Shown here piece after piece: positions 1 through 10,314 of a DNA stretch of 64,000 bases (position 1 is the stretch's first letter; every line of letters begins with the position of its first letter). The notes under the pieces are model-generated. The model saw nothing but the letters and a program-made list of their open reading frames with translations. It had not been told where the DNA came from and did no database searches. The translations under genes and the position numbers were made by a program. Source of the stretch: Klebsiella sp. RIT-PI-d (lineage in GTDB: Bacteria > Pseudomonadota > Gammaproteobacteria > Enterobacterales > Enterobacteriaceae); NCBI RefSeq assembly GCF_001187865.1, contig NZ_LGIT01000001.1, positions 42,554-106,553 on the forward strand, in the 5' to 3' direction.

Positions 1-2
1 TT

Positions 3-113
3 TTTGATATCGCGATGGACCTGGGCTATGTATCGCAGCAGACCTTCTCCCGGGTATTTCGTCGCGAGTTCGATCGGACTCCGACAGATTACCGTCATCA
101 GATATCAGCGTAA
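3..113 (+). CDS. soxS: 3' end of soxS (AraC-family activator), C-terminus ...QQTFSRVFRREFDRTPTDYRHQISA*; partial at window edge
   Basis: Frame-3 translation matches SoxS C-terminus; convergent with pdeC as in E. coli/Salmonella. Confidence 0.7.
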   Translation, partial: FDIAMDLGYVSQQTFSRVFRREFDRTPTDYRHQISA

Positions 114-1687
114 TGTTTACGCGCCTTTGACGGGGTTATCGGCTGTTGAAGCCACAGAATAAACTCATGCGACGGCATCGCTTTAGCAAAGTACCACCCC
201 TGGCAATACTGGACGCCGCGCTTCAATAGCCAGGAGGCCTGCTCAGCCGTCTCCACCCCTTCTGCGATAGTTTTCAGGCGCAGGCTCTGCGCCATCTCAA
301 CAATATGTTCAGCAATCAGGTTGTTGGTGCTTAGGGTATCAATAAATGATTTATCAATTTTCAATATATCGACATTTAATGAGTAGAGATTATGCAGGTT
401 TGAATATCCGGTGCCAAAATCATCAATCGCGACTTCATATCCGGCCTGACGAAATGCCTGAATAACCGGCGTCGTCTTAGGGACATCAATAAACCCACGT
501 TCGGTCACTTCAATTTTGATCTGCTGGGCCAGCACCGAATATTTCAGTGCTTTATCAGAGATTAAGGCAATGAGTCGCGAAGAGTGGAAATCAGAAGCCG
601 ATAAATTAATTGAAATATAGAGCTGGGGGTGCGCGGCAAGAAACTCGCCCAAATCGCTAAATACCTCGTCAACGACGTAATCCGTGATCCGCTCAATCAG
701 CCCCTCTTTTTCTGCCAGCGGAATAAATTCGGCCGGGCTCATCACCTGACCTTCAAACCCAGGCCAGCGCAGTAGCGCTTCAGCGCCGACGCACTGATTA
801 TTTTTAATATCGATAATTGGCTGGTAATGCAGGCGTAGCTGACGTTTTTGCAGTGCACGCTGTAGCAGGCGGCGCGGGGAGTTAAACTCCCGATGCGTTC
901 GTCCCCAGACCAGCAGGATCAGGATACTGCATATTATGCCCAGCGGCAGGGTCAAAGAGACCTGATGATAAAAATTGTCATGAAAACGCGATGACAGCGT
1001 AGAGACAATAATCGCGATAGGCCGTTTCGCAGAACGGGCAATAGTATAAAATCGACCGTCATGTTGAAATGTATAATCTTTATTAAGCAGAAGCTTTTTT
1101 AATATCCCAGGATCGGCCTGCTCGCTAACTGAGAAAAATTCATTAGTAACGGTATCGTATACACCATAAGCGAGCGACTGATCTTCTGAGATAACTTCAC
1201 TGTAAGAAAGAGGATTAATGACAGCGATATAATTCCCTCGCTGCATATAGTTCATTTTATAGCCAGGATAAAAGGGTGTGTCGCGATAGTAGTAAATAAA
1301 AATATCAGGTTTGCGCCAGTAATTCTCTTTGGGCATCAGATAGGGCAACCCAGGACGAATAGAAGTTGAGCATAAAAAATGATTCCCTTTGGCGTAGATC
1401 AAATCATCAACATACAGTCGGCCATGAACAATATTCAACATTTGCTGCCGATGGTGTGGACTGCATACCTCACCCTGAAATTGCTCTGCAGCATCGCGCG
1501 CCAAATCGGCCTGATAAATGACTTTCTCAGTTTTACTGAGCGCCAGTTGCGCAAATGAACGGAGCTGATCGCGGGTTTCAGAAATGGCCCTTAAGTGGGC
1601 AAACCATAGCGCAAGCATCACCGGCAGTAAAACTACCATGATTATCCCGAGGACTCTCAGCACCTTGCGTTGCACGCTATGGTTCAT
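98..1687 (-). CDS. pdeC: CSS-motif/EAL-domain c-di-GMP phosphodiesterase PdeC (YjcC), 529 aa
   Basis: 529-aa ORF with N-terminal TM/CSS periplasmic region and C-terminal EAL domain (QPIIDIK...EALLRW...); synteny next to soxS. Confidence 0.85.
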   Translation of the reverse strand: MNHSVQRKVLRVLGIIMVVLLPVMLALWFAHLRAISETRDQLRSFAQLALSKTEKVIYQADLARDAAEQFQGEVCSPHHRQQMLNIVHGRLYVDDLIYAKGNHFLCSTSIRPGLPYLMPKENYWRKPDIFIYYYRDTPFYPGYKMNYMQRGNYIAVINPLSYSEVISEDQSLAYGVYDTVTNEFFSVSEQADPGILKKLLLNKDYTFQHDGRFYTIARSAKRPIAIIVSTLSSRFHDNFYHQVSLTLPLGIICSILILLVWGRTHREFNSPRRLLQRALQKRQLRLHYQPIIDIKNNQCVGAEALLRWPGFEGQVMSPAEFIPLAEKEGLIERITDYVVDEVFSDLGEFLAAHPQLYISINLSASDFHSSRLIALISDKALKYSVLAQQIKIEVTERGFIDVPKTTPVIQAFRQAGYEVAIDDFGTGYSNLHNLYSLNVDILKIDKSFIDTLSTNNLIAEHIVEMAQSLRLKTIAEGVETAEQASWLLKRGVQYCQGWYFAKAMPSHEFILWLQQPITPSKARKHYADI

Positions 1688-2519
1688 CTCAGCCTAATAT
1701 CCCTGCATTTTATGTGCCTGAGCTCCGAAATGGATACTTTGATTAAAGATGTGATTACGTTGCATGAATCATACGACATTAGCAACCGACTTTTTATCGC
1801 AAAAACCTAATATTTAGTTATGACGATAATATTTTTCCGTAAGCCAAACTTAAAGTAGGCAACACGTTTTTATTAAGGAGAGGAAAAAGCATACATGACC
1901 GGGTAAAAAAACAGAAAACGCCGTGTTGATGTTGCGCGCATATTGTATAGTTCTGCATCAACTGGTTGATCAGTTGGCTTTTAAAAAGTGTCCGCGCTGA
2001 ATTACAAGTACTCTCTTTTACGCTTATTATACTGAAGATAAACCACGTAATAATTAAGTATTAGTTAAATTACCGGGAATGGATATCGTCGCAGTAAACA
2101 TAAAAACAGTGTACAGAAAAATGCCAAATAAAAATTAAAAACCGCGCTATTAAAGGCATACAAAAAACGTAATCTCACGTCCACTAATCTGATTGCTGGA
2201 ATTTTATAGAAATTTTCACGAACAGAACGTTTATCGTAGCTTAATTCTTATGCGTAGTATAACTGCAAAGCCTGGAATGGCCTATACAAGAACCGTTATC
2301 ACTATAGCGGTGTTTCAACGCAGGAAACGGCATTTTCTGCGCGTCAGTATGCAGGATAGCTGCCTCTCAGATGGTGAATAAAGCAACAAATGTGATATAG
2401 TTCACACTTCCTGTAATGCGGAAACACTGTTTCATAAAATTCACTCGCCTGACAGCCGTCTGAGCCTCTTCACAAACGGGTAATGGAAGGCACATCATTC
2501 ACACTGAGGATAAGATTTC

Positions 2520-2801
2520 ATGGCGACCATAACTACCAGCGTCATGTTGATGCGCTGGCCGCTGGTAAGCGCCGGGCTGATGTTTTTAGCCAGCACATTA
2601 AACATTCAGTTTCGCAAAAGCGATTATGTTGGGTTAGCAGTCATTAGCACGCTTCTGGGCATGATTGCTGCCTTCTGGTTCGCGATGAACCTGCTGGGGA
2701 TCTCAATGGTGGATATTTCTGCCATTTTGCATAACGCCAAAGGGGTGATGGTTGAAACGATGGGACAGTTGCCGCCAGAGTGGCCTGTCGTTGTGACGTA
2801 A
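2520..2801 (+). CDS. yjcB: YjcB small inner-membrane protein (93 aa)
   Basis: 93-aa ORF MATITTSVMLMRWPLVSAGLMF... matching YjcB length and sequence; synteny. Confidence 0.8.
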   Translation: MATITTSVMLMRWPLVSAGLMFLASTLNIQFRKSDYVGLAVISTLLGMIAAFWFAMNLLGISMVDISAILHNAKGVMVETMGQLPPEWPVVVT

Positions 2802-3087
2802 TGATGCATAACCGGAAAGACTGACCAGCCCCAAAAAGGGAGCTGGTCGGGATATAACGTTCTTAGAACGGTTAGACTTTACTGATGCATTACGACTAAA
2901 TGTGTCAGTAATAACAACAGGCTATATGTGAAGGAATGTGGGTGTCTCAATAAAAAAATATCTCAAGTGTCATTTTTTCGTAAAATTGTTCATAACATTC
3001 CCTGTTAAACATTACATTTTTGTCAGCGACTAATGAGTCGATAGATCAGCCAAAAAACTAAGTTTGCATGGGGCAATTCTGTTTTCG

Positions 3088-3987
3088 TTAAATTGCCTGC
3101 TGCCTCTTAATTTCAGCCAGTAAGCCCTGAACTAACCCTGCAGCAAAACGCTGCCGCCCAACAAGTTCATCTTCGTCGTCCTCGCCGTAGAAGCGTGCGT
3201 AGGCGACAGCCCCCACCTTCTCATAGCCTTCGCCATGCTCGTCGTCCCCAAAGCGTCTTGAGAGCGCCGCGAGGCCGTCCAGAATAGCTTCTGGGTGCTG
3301 CCCGGAACAAATACGTTCAACGAATAGCGCTGCAACTTCCTTTATTGAGCCTGAATATCTGATCACGTGGATTAGGTCAGCAGCATCCTTCCTCTCCTGG
3401 CGTTGATCCAGAGCCAGCGCTTTCAAAATGACAAATGCTGGCACGTCCGCAAATCGCACGACATCTACTGATAAGCCATCACCGTCCAGGAGTTGGGCAG
3501 AAATTTCTTTCTGCTGATACCAATCGTAAACAATCCGGGCATGTTTGATAGTGAGTGCCGATACTTTTTCCCCATCGACGCTAATGGTCCGGCCAGGTTC
3601 CTCATCGCCAGCATCCCGGAGAAGTTCAACGACTACCTCAATGCGGTCATTGACCTTGCGGCGCCAGCGCCAGGATGCAGACTTTCCCTCTTCGACCCAT
3701 CGGGTGAATTCCCGTGCTTTTAATTGCTGCGCAAGGCTAGTATATTCATTGCCAGAAGCCAGTACTTCCAGGTTTAACACAATGTCCACGTCAGAAGTTC
3801 CCGCATGCACAGGAACATCAGGCGGAGTCGCTGGCGTGAGATAACGAGGAACCAGGCCACCGACAAGTCTCAGGGTGTCCTTAAGATTCCCAAAGGCGCT
3901 TAGTAATGTGAGCAATGTCCTCTCACAGGCCAAAGTGACATCTTGATCGTATCCAGCCGCTGTACGAGGCTTCAGTCCTGTTGCCAT
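3088..3987 (-). CDS. Nucleotidyltransferase AbiEii/AbiGii (DUF1814) toxin-like protein, 299 aa
   Basis: N-terminal NTase-like motif LVGGLVPRYL...AGTSDVDIVLN (GG-x-SDxD); 16-bp overlap with upstream gene; not part of E. coli core at this locus. Confidence 0.6.
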   Translation of the reverse strand: MATGLKPRTAAGYDQDVTLACERTLLTLLSAFGNLKDTLRLVGGLVPRYLTPATPPDVPVHAGTSDVDIVLNLEVLASGNEYTSLAQQLKAREFTRWVEEGKSASWRWRRKVNDRIEVVVELLRDAGDEEPGRTISVDGEKVSALTIKHARIVYDWYQQKEISAQLLDGDGLSVDVVRFADVPAFVILKALALDQRQERKDAADLIHVIRYSGSIKEVAALFVERICSGQHPEAILDGLAALSRRFGDDEHGEGYEKVGAVAYARFYGEDDEDELVGRQRFAAGLVQGLLAEIKRQQAI

Positions 3988-5102
3988 AATGACTCCAAAC
4001 GTTTTCTAAGATGGTCAGCTAATTCTTTGTTGCGGCCTCGCCCATCCAGTAAGTCCAGATAAAGAATGTAAGGGCTTGCGAAAAAGACAGAGTCCCCCAG
4101 ATGCATATCCCGGTAAAGTAAGCTCGCAGGTTCGCGTTCAATGAGCGTAACGTTCGCCCCTTTACTGACGGGTTTCAGGTCTAGCAGGTTAGCCATCCTC
4201 TCTGTGTAGCCCTTGGGTACTATGATCTCTGCCCCTTCAGTACTGGTCAGCAATGGAGTGTAAACATTAGCCGCCGCAGCGCCTGTCAACGCCCACGGGT
4301 AATCCACATTCTGACGATCTATCCGTTCCGCAAGGTGAGTTAGCAGATGCTCGGGATTTTCGACAAAGGTGTACCACTTCGACTTCTTGTCTTTGCGCTT
4401 CTTCCATTGTTCAGACCAGGCGTCCAAAAGCTTACCAGGGCGAGTAAGCATTCTGCGCTTGTTCGGCCCTCCACCAGTAGACTCCACCCACTCACGCAAC
4501 GTCAACTCCTTCAATACGAGAGAGCAGGTATACGAGGAAGTCTCAGCTTGTTCTGCTAACTCTGTACCAGTTAGCCACCCATGACTATTCTTCAAAAGCG
4601 CATGGATGACACTTTCACGAGCCTCAGTGAAAAGGTCAATGTCCTGTGTGTTCTTTTTAGAACGATGAGAAGGCTTTTCAATATTGATGAACCAGCCATC
4701 GTGCTTTAGATAAAGGCTGCCCCCCAGCTCGAATGAGGCGATATTCTGTTCCTTAAGCTCCTGCTTAGCGCCTGGACTCAATACGCCTGCCGCGAGCAGT
4801 CCAATAGCTTCATGACAATGATGAATTTCTTGTATGCTTCTCTGGAGCTGGTAAACAGCATTCCTTAAGTCTCTTGGGTAAACCTTCTTTTTGATCTCAA
4901 CGAAAACGTATAGGGTTTTACCCGGAGTCTCAATCTTGATCATGCCATCAAGCTCTACCCCATGAAGCTCATATGAAGCATCACTCACTGAGGCTTCGGG
5001 GCCAAATGCCTCAGCAAGAGCCTCCACCAGCGCATCCAGCATCTGCCTTTCAAATTCAAACCCTGAACGATGTGAGTAATGCTTCATAACATTAGCCTCC
5101 AA
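3972..5102 (-). CDS. AbiEi-like antitoxin/regulator with N-terminal PD-(D/E)xK-like domain, 376 aa (extended)
   Basis: Central wHTH-like segment (WLTGTELAEQAETSSYTCSLVLKELTLREWVE) and C-terminal AbiEi-C-like region; N-terminal ~150 aa with D...ExK pattern (VELDGMIKI...LYVFVEIKKK); translationally coupled to the DUF1814 gene. Confidence 0.5.
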   Translation of the reverse strand: MEANVMKHYSHRSGFEFERQMLDALVEALAEAFGPEASVSDASYELHGVELDGMIKIETPGKTLYVFVEIKKKVYPRDLRNAVYQLQRSIQEIHHCHEAIGLLAAGVLSPGAKQELKEQNIASFELGGSLYLKHDGWFINIEKPSHRSKKNTQDIDLFTEARESVIHALLKNSHGWLTGTELAEQAETSSYTCSLVLKELTLREWVESTGGGPNKRRMLTRPGKLLDAWSEQWKKRKDKKSKWYTFVENPEHLLTHLAERIDRQNVDYPWALTGAAAANVYTPLLTSTEGAEIIVPKGYTERMANLLDLKPVSKGANVTLIEREPASLLYRDMHLGDSVFFASPYILYLDLLDGRGRNKELADHLRKRLESLWQQD

Positions 5103-5355
5103 TGCATTATTAGCTGCACAGCAAAAAAGGGAGAATCGGCTAAACTTTAGTTCTTATACTATCACTAACCGATCAGCTGGCAATCTTTTATAGACTTAGC
5201 TTTATGTTAATCAACAAGGAAAAGCTTTTAATCAAAAACTGTTGCCAGAGTTGATATCACGATTATCCAAAAAGCGTGGCAACATAACCAGGTTGCTAGC
5301 CGTCGCTAAAGATTGTCAATTGATACTTGGCACTTTTTTCAGACAGTAAAAATGA

Positions 5356-5397
5356 AAAACCCCTGAATTATCAGGGGCCTGAATATTTATTTTTTTT
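5356..5397 (-). terminator. Rho-independent terminator downstream of ssb (hairpin CCCCTGA-atta-TCAGGGG flanked by A/T runs, probably bidirectional)
   Basis: Perfect 7-bp GC-rich stem followed by T-run on both strands, 22 nt after ssb stop. Confidence 0.6.
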
Positions 5398-5418
5398 CAA
5401 CTGACTCACAAGTCAACT

Positions 5419-5964
5419 CTAGAACGGAATATCGTCGTCAAAGTCCATCGGCGGTTCGTTAGACTGTGCCGGGGCTGACTGCTGCTGCTGAGGACGAGCC
5501 TGCCCACCGCCGCTAAACTGGCTGCCACCGCCCTGAGACTGCTGCTGTGGCTGCTGAGGTTGACCCCAACCGCCCTGCTGGCCGCCGCCTGCCGGCGCGC
5601 CGCCGCCCTGAGGACGTCCGCCCAGCATTTGCATCACGCCGCCGATTTGCGGGACGTTGATCTCAGTGGTATAGCGTTCCTGACCACCCTGATCGGTCCA
5701 TTTACGCGTCCGCAACTGACCTTCGATGTAGACCTGGGAACCTTTACGCAGATACTCGCCGGCTACTTCTGCCAGTTTGCCAAACATCACCACACGGTGC
5801 CATTCAGTCTGCTCTTTTGTCTCACCGGTCTGCTTATCACGCCAGGATTCGGAAGTAGCCAGCGTGAAGTTAGCAACTGCACCACCACTCGGCATGTAGC
5901 GTACTTCCGGGTCCTGCCCCAGATTACCGACGAGAATCACCTTATTTACGCCTCTGCTGGCCAT
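5419..5964 (-). CDS. ssb: Single-stranded DNA-binding protein SSB (181 aa), C-terminal DFDDDIPF tail
   Basis: Near-identical to E. coli SSB incl. Gly/Gln-rich linker and acidic tip. Confidence 0.95.
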   Translation of the reverse strand: MASRGVNKVILVGNLGQDPEVRYMPSGGAVANFTLATSESWRDKQTGETKEQTEWHRVVMFGKLAEVAGEYLRKGSQVYIEGQLRTRKWTDQGGQERYTTEINVPQIGGVMQMLGGRPQGGGAPAGGGQQGGWGQPQQPQQQSQGGGSQFSGGGQARPQQQQSAPAQSNEPPMDFDDDIPF

Positions 5965-6110
5965 AATTGTGTCTCCTGAAAACGATTCTTAATAAGTGTA
6001 AACGCGCGATTGTAACATTTCCAGTGCGCGCTTTGATACATGCGAGGTGTATTCCGTTAAACAACTTCTCTGCGACATTTTTGCACATCCGCGCGGAAGT
6101 TGCATTCCTA

Positions 6111-6130
6111 TACTGTATATTCATTCAGGT
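6111..6130. promoter_or_regulatory. LexA (SOS) box TACTGTATATTCATTCAGGT shared by divergent ssb and uvrA promoters
   Basis: CTGT-N8-ACAG consensus; identical position/sequence to the E. coli uvrA SOS box. Confidence 0.8.
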
Positions 6131-6210
6131 TAATTTGTGTCATAATTAGCCGTTTCAGTTGCAAAAATGCCGTTTGTCCTTCAAACAAATTTGGCTATCG
6201 GGAAAGGTGA

Positions 6211-9033
6211 ATGGATAAGATAGAAGTTCGGGGCGCACGTACCCACAATCTAAAGAACATCAACCTCGTTATCCCTCGTGACAAACTGATTGTCGTCACC
6301 GGGCTGTCGGGTTCTGGTAAATCTTCTCTGGCTTTTGACACGCTATACGCTGAAGGGCAACGTCGCTACGTCGAGTCCCTTTCTGCCTATGCGCGTCAGT
6401 TTCTGTCGCTGATGGAAAAACCGGATGTCGATCATATTGAGGGGTTATCACCTGCGATTTCGATAGAGCAGAAGTCAACGTCGCATAACCCGCGTTCTAC
6501 CGTTGGTACCATTACTGAAATCCACGACTACCTGCGTCTGCTGTTTGCCCGCGTAGGCGAGCCGCGTTGTCCGGATCACGATGTGCCGCTGGCCGCACAA
6601 ACGGTCAGCCAGATGGTTGATAACGTGCTGTCACAGCCAGAAAGCAGACGTCTGATGCTGTTGGCCCCGATCATTAAAGAACGTAAGGGCGAGCATACCA
6701 AAACGCTGGAAAACCTGGCCAGTCAGGGATATATCCGCGCAAGGATTGACGGCGAAGTCTGCGATCTCTCCGATCCGCCCTCGCTCGAACTGCAAAAGAA
6801 ACATACCATTGAAGTGGTGATTGACCGCTTTAAAGTGCGTGACGATCTCTCGCAGCGTCTGGCTGAATCCTTTGAAACCGCGCTGGATCTTTCCGGCGGT
6901 ACGGCAATCGTTGCCGATATGGACGATCCGAAAGCAGAAGAACTGCTGTTCTCTGCCAACTTTGCCTGCCCGATTTGCGGCTACAGTATGCGCGAGCTTG
7001 AACCGCGTCTGTTCTCGTTTAACAACCCGGCAGGGGCCTGTCCGACCTGTGATGGTCTGGGCGTACAACAGTATTTTGACCCTGACCGGGTACTGCAAAA
7101 CCCCGAGCTGTCTCTGGCAGGGGGTGCAATTCGCGGCTGGGATCGCCGCAACTTCTATTATTTCCAGATGCTGCGCTCAATGGCAGAGCATTATAAGTTC
7201 GATGTCGATGCGCCCTGGGGCAGCCTGAGCGCCAGCGTACAGAAAGTCATCCTGTTCGGTTCCGGCAAAGAGTCTATTGAATTCAAATATATGAACGATC
7301 GCGGAGATACTTCCGTCCGTCGCCATCCGTTTGAAGGCGTGCTGCACAATATGGAGCGTCGCTACAAAGAAACGGAGTCCAGCGCGGTGCGCGAGGAACT
7401 GGCGAAATACATCAGTAATCGTCCCTGTGCAACCTGCGAAGGAACGCGCCTGCGCCGCGAAGCGCGCCATGTTTTCGTTGAAAACACGCCGCTGCCGACC
7501 ATCTCAGATATGAGCATCGGCCACGCCATGGACTTCTTTAATAATCTGAAGCTGTCCGGCCAGCGCGCGCAAATTGCTGAAAAAGTGCTCAAAGAGATTG
7601 GGGATCGTCTGAAATTTCTGGTAAACGTCGGCCTGAATTACCTGACGCTTTCACGCTCTGCGGAAACCCTTTCCGGCGGCGAGGCGCAGCGTATTCGTCT
7701 GGCAAGCCAGATTGGCGCAGGTTTGGTCGGGGTAATGTATGTTCTGGATGAACCCTCTATCGGCCTGCATCAGCGCGACAACGAGCGTTTGCTGGGGACG
7801 CTGGTCCATCTGCGCGATCTCGGTAATACCGTGATTGTGGTTGAGCATGATGAAGATGCCATCCGTGCGGCGGACCATGTCATTGATATTGGTCCTGGTG
7901 CAGGTGTTCACGGCGGTCAGGTGGTTGCTGAAGGCTCGCTGAAAGACATTATGGCGGTGCCGGAATCATTAACCGGTCAGTTTATGAGCGGTCAGCGCAA
8001 GATTGAAGTACCAAAAGAGCGTGTAAAAGCCGATCCAGAGAAAGTGCTTCGCCTCACCGGTGCTCGTGGTAATAACCTGAAAGATGTCACCCTGACGCTG
8101 CCGGTAGGCCTGTTCACCTGTATCACCGGGGTTTCCGGCTCCGGTAAATCAACGCTTATCAACGATACGCTGTTTCCGATTGCACAACGTCAGCTAAACG
8201 GTGCAACCATTGTTGAACCCGCGCCGTACCGCGATGTGCAGGGGCTTGAGCATTTCGATAAAGTGATTGATATCGATCAGAGTCCTATTGGCCGTACGCC
8301 ACGTTCTAACCCGGCGACCTACACAGGCGTTTTCACACCGGTGCGTGAACTGTTTGCTGGCGTGCCTGAATCGCGCTCGCGCGGCTACACGCCGGGACGC
8401 TTCAGCTTTAACGTGCGCGGCGGGCGCTGTGAGGCGTGTCAGGGCGATGGCGTGATCAAAGTCGAAATGCACTTTTTGCCGGACATCTATGTTCCGTGCG
8501 ATCAGTGTAAAGGCAAGCGCTATAACCGCGAAACGCTGGAAGTGAAGTACAAAGGTAAAACTATCCATGAAGTGCTGGATATGACTATCGAAGAGGCGCG
8601 CGAGTTTTTCGATGCCGTACCGGCGCTGGCGCGTAAGCTGCAAACGCTAATGGACGTAGGCCTGACATACATTCGTCTTGGACAATCGGCGACCACGCTT
8701 TCCGGCGGTGAAGCCCAGCGCGTGAAGCTGGCGCGCGAGCTGTCAAAACGCGGTACCGGTCAGACGTTATATATTCTGGATGAACCGACCACCGGTCTGC
8801 ACTTTGCCGATATTCAACAGTTGCTGGAAGTTCTGCATCAGTTGCGCAATCAGGGCAACACCATTGTGGTGATTGAGCATAACCTTGATGTGGTTAAAAC
8901 CGCTGACTGGATTGTCGATCTTGGTCCGGAAGGCGGCAGCGGCGGCGGTGAGATCCTCGTCTCCGGCACGCCAGAAACGGTTGCCGAGTGCGAAGCCTCA
9001 CACACTGCGCGCTTCCTTAAGCCAATGCTGTAA
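6211..9033 (+). CDS. uvrA: Excinuclease ABC subunit A UvrA (940 aa)
   Basis: Full-length UvrA with two ABC ATPase modules and zinc fingers; >95% identical to E. coli UvrA by eye. Confidence 0.97.
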   Translation: MDKIEVRGARTHNLKNINLVIPRDKLIVVTGLSGSGKSSLAFDTLYAEGQRRYVESLSAYARQFLSLMEKPDVDHIEGLSPAISIEQKSTSHNPRSTVGTITEIHDYLRLLFARVGEPRCPDHDVPLAAQTVSQMVDNVLSQPESRRLMLLAPIIKERKGEHTKTLENLASQGYIRARIDGEVCDLSDPPSLELQKKHTIEVVIDRFKVRDDLSQRLAESFETALDLSGGTAIVADMDDPKAEELLFSANFACPICGYSMRELEPRLFSFNNPAGACPTCDGLGVQQYFDPDRVLQNPELSLAGGAIRGWDRRNFYYFQMLRSMAEHYKFDVDAPWGSLSASVQKVILFGSGKESIEFKYMNDRGDTSVRRHPFEGVLHNMERRYKETESSAVREELAKYISNRPCATCEGTRLRREARHVFVENTPLPTISDMSIGHAMDFFNNLKLSGQRAQIAEKVLKEIGDRLKFLVNVGLNYLTLSRSAETLSGGEAQRIRLASQIGAGLVGVMYVLDEPSIGLHQRDNERLLGTLVHLRDLGNTVIVVEHDEDAIRAADHVIDIGPGAGVHGGQVVAEGSLKDIMAVPESLTGQFMSGQRKIEVPKERVKADPEKVLRLTGARGNNLKDVTLTLPVGLFTCITGVSGSGKSTLINDTLFPIAQRQLNGATIVEPAPYRDVQGLEHFDKVIDIDQSPIGRTPRSNPATYTGVFTPVRELFAGVPESRSRGYTPGRFSFNVRGGRCEACQGDGVIKVEMHFLPDIYVPCDQCKGKRYNRETLEVKYKGKTIHEVLDMTIEEAREFFDAVPALARKLQTLMDVGLTYIRLGQSATTLSGGEAQRVKLARELSKRGTGQTLYILDEPTTGLHFADIQQLLEVLHQLRNQGNTIVVIEHNLDVVKTADWIVDLGPEGGSGGGEILVSGTPETVAECEASHTARFLKPML

Positions 9034-9041
9034 GCCTCATC

Positions 9042-9075
9042 TGCCGCTTCCCGTTCAGGAAGCGGCATCATTTCG
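9042..9075 (+). terminator. Putative uvrA terminator hairpin (TGCCGCTTCC-cgttca-GGAAGCGGCA) followed by T-rich tract
   Basis: 10-bp perfect stem 8 nt after uvrA stop; T-rich downstream but interrupted. Confidence 0.45.
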
Positions 9076-9174
9076 CCTCATTATTTCTCATTTTTTCCGC
9101 ATGAGCGTTTGTGATTTGCCGCTTTTCCCGGGCTGGTATGAGATTACCGTACTCATTTACCGCTGGAGACGATC

Positions 9175-9615
9175 ATGTCTGGCACTCACTGGCATACCCG
9201 GTTCGCCGTTATCGGCTGCATTTTTCTGCTGTCAGCCTGCTCACTGACCGATAAATACAATGCTCAGGCTTATCAGCAATTGAAAGCGCTGCAAACGTCG
9301 TGGCAGCACTTCCTGGAGGATGCCGCTGTCGCACCGTTAGATGCTGAACGCATCGCGCAGGACGATAGCCAACTACGCCAGGGGTTTGATGATGCGTTGA
9401 TCCAGGCAGCCCTGCTTAATGACTCGCTGCGGATTGAAAACCTGACGTTACTGGAAGACGCCTATATTCGTCTTCATGCGCGATTACTCCAGCAGAATCA
9501 TTCTCTTTCACCGGTTCAAACACATTTATATGGGCAGCAGGCGCAAATGGCCTGGCAACTGGCTATTGAGGGCGAATGTCTGCGCCCGGGTGCTGCCTGC
9601 GATGGGGAGAAATAA
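9175..9615 (+). CDS. Hypothetical lipoprotein (146 aa; signal peptide with lipobox LLSAC)
   Basis: ORF with N-terminal hydrophobic segment and L-S-A-C lipobox; no family recognised; absent from K-12 at this site. Confidence 0.6.
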   Translation: MSGTHWHTRFAVIGCIFLLSACSLTDKYNAQAYQQLKALQTSWQHFLEDAAVAPLDAERIAQDDSQLRQGFDDALIQAALLNDSLRIENLTLLEDAYIRLHARLLQQNHSLSPVQTHLYGQQAQMAWQLAIEGECLRPGAACDGEK

Positions 9616-9618
9616 ACT

Positions 9619-9957
9619 ATGCTTCTGGCCGATTCACTGAATACGCTTTTAACCCCGGATGCCCCTCAACCAGCTGGATTTGGCGCTGCAGCGGCGGAAT
9701 TTATCACGCTGCTGGATACTGCGATGTATGATGAGGATGAAGGCATCCGCAAAGCCGGATCGTTAATCGTCCTGGCGCTACGTGAAAAAGAACGCGGCTG
9801 GCTCACCGACGACGATCTGCGGGTGTTGCTGGAGGGGCAGCGCGACATCGCCCGGCTGCGGGCGAATAATGCGGAAATCCCGCTCCGCAGTCGCATCCAG
9901 TCAGTGGTGATTCGCTTGATTGATATCACTCTGGCATCGCTGATTGCCGCCCTCTGA
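9619..9957 (+). CDS. Hypothetical cytoplasmic protein (112 aa), 4 nt downstream of the lipoprotein gene
   Basis: ORF tightly coupled to the upstream lipoprotein ORF; acidic, no recognisable domain. Confidence 0.5.
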   Translation: MLLADSLNTLLTPDAPQPAGFGAAAAEFITLLDTAMYDEDEGIRKAGSLIVLALREKERGWLTDDDLRVLLEGQRDIARLRANNAEIPLRSRIQSVVIRLIDITLASLIAAL

Positions 9958-9958
9958 G

Positions 9959-10312
9959 TCAAAGCGGCAGCAGTTTACGTTTCTCTTCCGGCAGGGTACT
10001 GATGACCTGCTGATAAGAAGCATCCACCAGATAATAAATCTGTGAATCCGGCAGGGTGCCGTCAAGATAGACCGTGCTCCAGTGCGCTTTGTTCAGATGC
10101 TTACTGGGTCGAACATCTTTATGCTCGTTACGTAACAGTTCTGCCAGTTCCGGACTAGTTTTTAATGAAACGGCGGGTCGATCTTCCACTATTTTTACCA
10201 TCGCGAACAGGACATCTGCGACTTTAATCTGCGTAGCTTCCCAGCCGGTGTGCAAACTCTGATCTGCGCCAGGCTTCGTCATGCAGTAGTGTAGTAATTC
10301 CGAATCAGTCAT
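9959..10312 (-). CDS. yjbR: YjbR (MmcQ/YjbR family DNA-binding-like protein, 117 aa)
   Basis: Length and sequence consistent with E. coli YjbR; synteny next to yjbQ. Confidence 0.75.
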   Translation of the reverse strand: MTDSELLHYCMTKPGADQSLHTGWEATQIKVADVLFAMVKIVEDRPAVSLKTSPELAELLRNEHKDVRPSKHLNKAHWSTVYLDGTLPDSQIYYLVDASYQQVISTLPEEKRKLLPL

Positions 10313-10314
10313 GC

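Noticed and set aside
2193-2381. 62-aa ORF in the yjcC-yjcB spacer
   Set aside because: No RBS, low-complexity AT-rich context and no recognisable features, so it is treated as noise. The region as a whole is flagged instead.
2823-2848. Hairpin GACCAGC-cccaaaaaggga-GCTGGTC after yjcB as an intrinsic terminator
   Set aside because: No U-tract follows on either strand. It may still be a stability element but is not a supportable terminator call.
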